Shown here piece by piece: positions 60,925 to 64,000 of a DNA stretch of 64,000 nt (position 1 is the first letter of the stretch; each line of letters starts with the position of its first letter). The position numbers were made by a program, and so were the translations under genes. The notes under the pieces were generated by a model. The model was not told the origin of the DNA. It searched no databases and was given only the letters and a program-made list of their open reading frames with translations. This DNA is from an uncultured candidate division Zixibacteria bacterium (lineage in GTDB: Bacteria; Zixibacteria; MSB-5A5; GN15; FEB-12): positions 896,001 to 960,000 of the forward strand of contig CAWDXE010000001.1 of the NCBI GenBank assembly GCA_963806185.1, read 5' to 3'.

Positions 60925-63900
60925 CTACTTCAGCAGCAACATCTTCTTTACTTCAACGAAACTGCCTGCCTGTAAGCGATAGAAGTAGACGCCACTGGTC
61001 GAAGGTCCGCCGTCGTGATCGCGGCCATCCCATTGTAGCCTGTGCTCACCGGCTTCCATCTGACTCTGGATCAGGGTGGCAACCCGTTGTCCCACGATGT
61101 TGAACACGTCGACCGTGACGAAACTCATGGTCGGCAAGGCAATATCGATGGTCGTGGTCGGGTTGAACGGGTTGGGATAGTTCTGCCCAAGGGCAAATCG
61201 GTCCGGGATGAGGTTGTTGTGATCGTCATCGACGCCGGCAACAATTGAGGGCGCAAAGTCCTGATCGAGCTGATCCGAATGGACATTCGTATAGCTCCGG
61301 CTGACCGGAACAAAGGAATACCCGGTCATGCTCGGTGTCACTGTGCCGCTCCAGTCGTACGGAACGGCAAACAAGTAATCACCGTTACTGTCGGCAATCG
61401 TGGTTCTGGTCGAATCATCGACATAACTCAGGGTCACACCAGCTATGCCGGCGCTGCCGGAAATGGTGACTGGATCATGCGCGGCCACCCTAATAGCCAC
61501 CACCTCGCTGTCGACCAACGCTCCATCAGAAGCGACAAAGGTAACGTGGTATACGCCTGCTTGCGTATAGTCGGGACTAAAACGCAAGTTGCCGGTGCCG
61601 CCCCCGAGATCGACAAAAGCGGCGTTTGTCGGAAGGTTCTCCGTCGACACAATCAGGCTGTCATCATCAGCATCAATGGCACTCACATTAATGTCCAGCG
61701 TATCACCTTCAAGCACCATCTGCGCACCAATCGCAGAGAGCACCGGCACACGATTGACGTTGCTCACCGTAATCGACGTCATCTGTGTGTCAGCCAACGA
61801 GCCGTCAGAAGCAATCAGGCTCACTGAGTAAGATCCGGCCTGCGTGTAATCGGGCGAAAATGTCAAGGTGCCCGCGCCGTTGGCAGAATCGGTAAACGTC
61901 GCGTTGGCCGGTAGGTTTAGAGCGGCCAGCGACGGAACGGTACCGTCAGAATCGCTCGCCTGGACGTGCAGATTCAGCGTCTGATTTTCAGCCATCGACT
62001 GTGTGCCGCTCACGAACAACAGCGGCTTGCGATTGACACCGGTTACCGTGATCGATACCGACGCACTGTCGGCCAGGGCTCCGTCAGAAACGATGAAAAC
62101 AACGTCGTACGCTCCCGCCTGAGTATAGTCGGGACTGAAGGTCAGGCTACCGGTCCCATCTCCGTGGTCGACAAAGGCGGCCTGTGTCGGAAGGTTCTCC
62201 GCCGAGAGAGTCAGGCCGTCTCCGTCAGGGTCAGTGGCAGTCACCACAGTACTCAGAGTGTCACCTTCAGGTACCGACTGCGCACCAATGGCAGCCAGAG
62301 ACGGAGGCGCGTTGACCGCGGTTACCGTAATGACCACCGTCTCACTGTCGACCAGGATTCCGTCGGAAACGATGAAAGTCACGGTGTAAGCTCCGGCCTG
62401 CGTGAAGGTGGGGCTGAAAGTCAGAATGCCCGTCCCGTTCCCATTATCCGACAAGTCGGCGTTCGGAGGTAGATTGACGGCCGACAGCATCAGGCTGTCA
62501 CCGTCAGCGTCAGCAGCACTGATGCCAACCACCAGCGTGTCGCCCTCCGGCACTGACTGCGCACCGATGGATGCAAGCACCGGCGGATCGGGACGATCTT
62601 CACCGACGGCAAAATCGCCGAAGGCGTCAACCGCTGTCGCCTCGGTGCTGGTCTCTCCTTTGATGCCTGTCATCGGATAAGACCAGACTCCGCCGGCATA
62701 TCTGCCCGGCTTGAACAGCTCAGGATTAGCCCCGGCATCAACATCGCCGGCACCAAAGTTGAAAGTGACGTCGAAATCAGTAAAGGCAATACCGCTATTG
62801 GTAAGTCTCCAGAATCTGTTAACACTCTGGAGAGGGTCGATTGTTGAGGTTGCGATGCCGGCGTGTTCGCCGGCTGTTGTGCTCGCTGTCAAGTCACCAT
62901 CTGCGGTAATTCCTGAGAATGATATACTCAACGGAGAATAATTGTTCGCGTCTCCGATCTCGAAGGTCTGAGACGGTGACGCCGCTGAGATATGCTTTCT
63001 CAGATCACCGACCACGTGGCCGCTTATGTGCGACACGCTACCTGTTCCGGTGACCACGACGGCATTCGCACCGGTACTGATGTTGCCGCCCGCAAGAGTA
63101 AGTGTCCCGCTGACATTGAATGTCCTGTTGACCACGACTTTCCCGGTCAACTTGTCAATCGTCAGATCGTTGAAAGTCGTGGTGGCGCTTCCACCGATTG
63201 ACTGATCGGTGACGCCGGCAAAAACGATGTTGCTTCCCGACGCTCCAAATGTGTTGTTGTTGCTGAATCCCCCCTTGAGCTCAAGAGCATAGGCGCCGGC
63301 ATTGAAAGAGGCGCTGGATCCAATGGTAAAGGTCCCGGCTGTTACAATAGCTGATCCGGCGGTGGCGGATGCGGTTCCCGAAATGGTGAAGTCGCCGCCG
63401 ACGGTGAGCGTCGAGACCGGCAGAGTTTTCGCGCCACTGCCACTAAGGGTAAGATGGTGGTAGGCCGTTGCCGGCACAATCTGAGCCGCTCCATTGTAGT
63501 TGACGGTGTTGGAATTGGTAGTTGCGTCAAGGGTGGAGATGCCCTGGATTCCGGCTACACTAAGCGTCGCACCCGCACCCTGGAGAAACTCACCGGTTCC
63601 ATTTAGGACCGTGGACACCGTGAAGTTCGTCAGATTATTGGTCAGTGTGACCTGGTTAACAGTGACATTGCCGATGGTAACGGCGCCCGCGCCGTCCAGC
63701 GATTGTGAGTTGGCGCTGAAAGTGTAAACGCCGGTACCGGAACTGAAGGTAGTACCATTGTGTATGAGACCGCCCTGGAGAGTGATCGCAGAGTTACCGG
63801 CATTCGTCCAGGCGCCACCCGATTCGATGGTGACCAGACCGTTGTAGGTCTTTGTACCGGCGGCGGAGGAGTGTGCCAATGTTCCGCTCACGGACGTCGT

Positions 63901-64000
63901 CCCCGTGACGGAAAGACCGAAACCCGCCACGGTGAGAGTTGTACCGCTACCGACTGAGAGCTTGCCCCCGGTCGAGACGGAAATTGCCGTGGTGGCAGAG
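60925..64000 (-). CDS. Large surface protein (partial): Gly/Thr/Ser-rich beta-helix-like region, 4 Ig/cadherin-like repeats, FlgD-Ig/T9SS-like C-terminal domain
   Basis: QNYPNPFNPTT..VFNIVGQRV..WDG..SGVYFYRL..KKMLLLK; the frame stays open to the window edge. Confidence 0.88.
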   Translation of the reverse strand, partial: SATTAISVSTGGKLSVGSGTTLTVAGFGLSVTGTTSVSGTLAHSSAAGTKTYNGLVTIESGGAWTNAGNSAITLQGGLIHNGTTFSSGTGVYTFSANSQSLDGAGAVTIGNVTVNQVTLTNNLTNFTVSTVLNGTGEFLQGAGATLSVAGIQGISTLDATTNSNTVNYNGAAQIVPATAYHHLTLSGSGAKTLPVSTLTVGGDFTISGTASATAGSAIVTAGTFTIGSSASFNAGAYALELKGGFSNNNTFGASGSNIVFAGVTDQSIGGSATTTFNDLTIDKLTGKVVVNRTFNVSGTLTLAGGNISTGANAVVVTGTGSVSHISGHVVGDLRKHISAASPSQTFEIGDANNYSPLSISFSGITADGDLTASTTAGEHAGIATSTIDPLQSVNRFWRLTNSGIAFTDFDVTFNFGAGDVDAGANPELFKPGRYAGGVWSYPMTGIKGETSTEATAVDAFGDFAVGEDRPDPPVLASIGAQSVPEGDTLVVGISAADADGDSLMLSAVNLPPNADLSDNGNGTGILTFSPTFTQAGAYTVTFIVSDGILVDSETVVITVTAVNAPPSLAAIGAQSVPEGDTLSTVVTATDPDGDGLTLSAENLPTQAAFVDHGDGTGSLTFSPDYTQAGAYDVVFIVSDGALADSASVSITVTGVNRKPLLFVSGTQSMAENQTLNLHVQASDSDGTVPSLAALNLPANATFTDSANGAGTLTFSPDYTQAGSYSVSLIASDGSLADTQMTSITVSNVNRVPVLSAIGAQMVLEGDTLDINVSAIDADDDSLIVSTENLPTNAAFVDLGGGTGNLRFSPDYTQAGVYHVTFVASDGALVDSEVVAIRVAAHDPVTISGSAGIAGVTLSYVDDSTRTTIADSNGDYLFAVPYDWSGTVTPSMTGYSFVPVSRSYTNVHSDQLDQDFAPSIVAGVDDDHNNLIPDRFALGQNYPNPFNPTTTIDIALPTMSFVTVDVFNIVGQRVATLIQSQMEAGEHRLQWDGRDHDGGPSTSGVYFYRLQAGSFVEVKKMLLLK
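61480..62590 (-). repeat. Four tandem ~93-aa Ig/cadherin-like repeats
   Basis: P.L..IGAQ.V.EGDTL...A.D.DGD.L.LS..NLP..A.F.D.G.G.G.LTFSPDYTQAG.Y.V.F..SDG. Confidence 0.85.

Overview
A gene-dense, GC-rich bacterial chromosomal segment with about 43 CDS. I found no rRNA, tRNA, CRISPR array, prophage or IS element. A Cys-flanked dockerin-like C-terminus, a FlgD-Ig/T9SS-like C-terminal domain and a kinase-TolB-TPR protein suggest an FCB-group organism, most likely Zixibacteria (inference). Contents in order: partial ribose-type ABC transporter; exported SAM-methyltransferase-fold protein; a DUF3857/transglutaminase pair with one active and one inactive member; Spy-like protein; exported MsrB-MsrA; two convergent group II PLP decarboxylases; a propeller-TSP3-dockerin surface protein; PIG-L deacetylase; an amt-porin operon beside a NarL-type two-component system with tandem candidate binding boxes; MerR-family regulator plus copA with a perfect operator; DUF4153; carAB; an ~19 kb glycoprotein/N-glycan utilisation cluster without susCD (GH130, CBM9-like, SSS, GH38, PNGase F-like, GH20, propeller, GH3, DUF4838, GH29, C69 peptidase); YjdJ/YjdI-CDGSH; a six-subunit Ehr complex lacking Ni ligands and led by an HTH-PTS EIIA gene; Ser/Thr kinase; partial Ig-repeat surface protein. 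Several indels, including one in carB, look like long-read consensus errors. All family calls come from motif recognition by eye; no searches were run.
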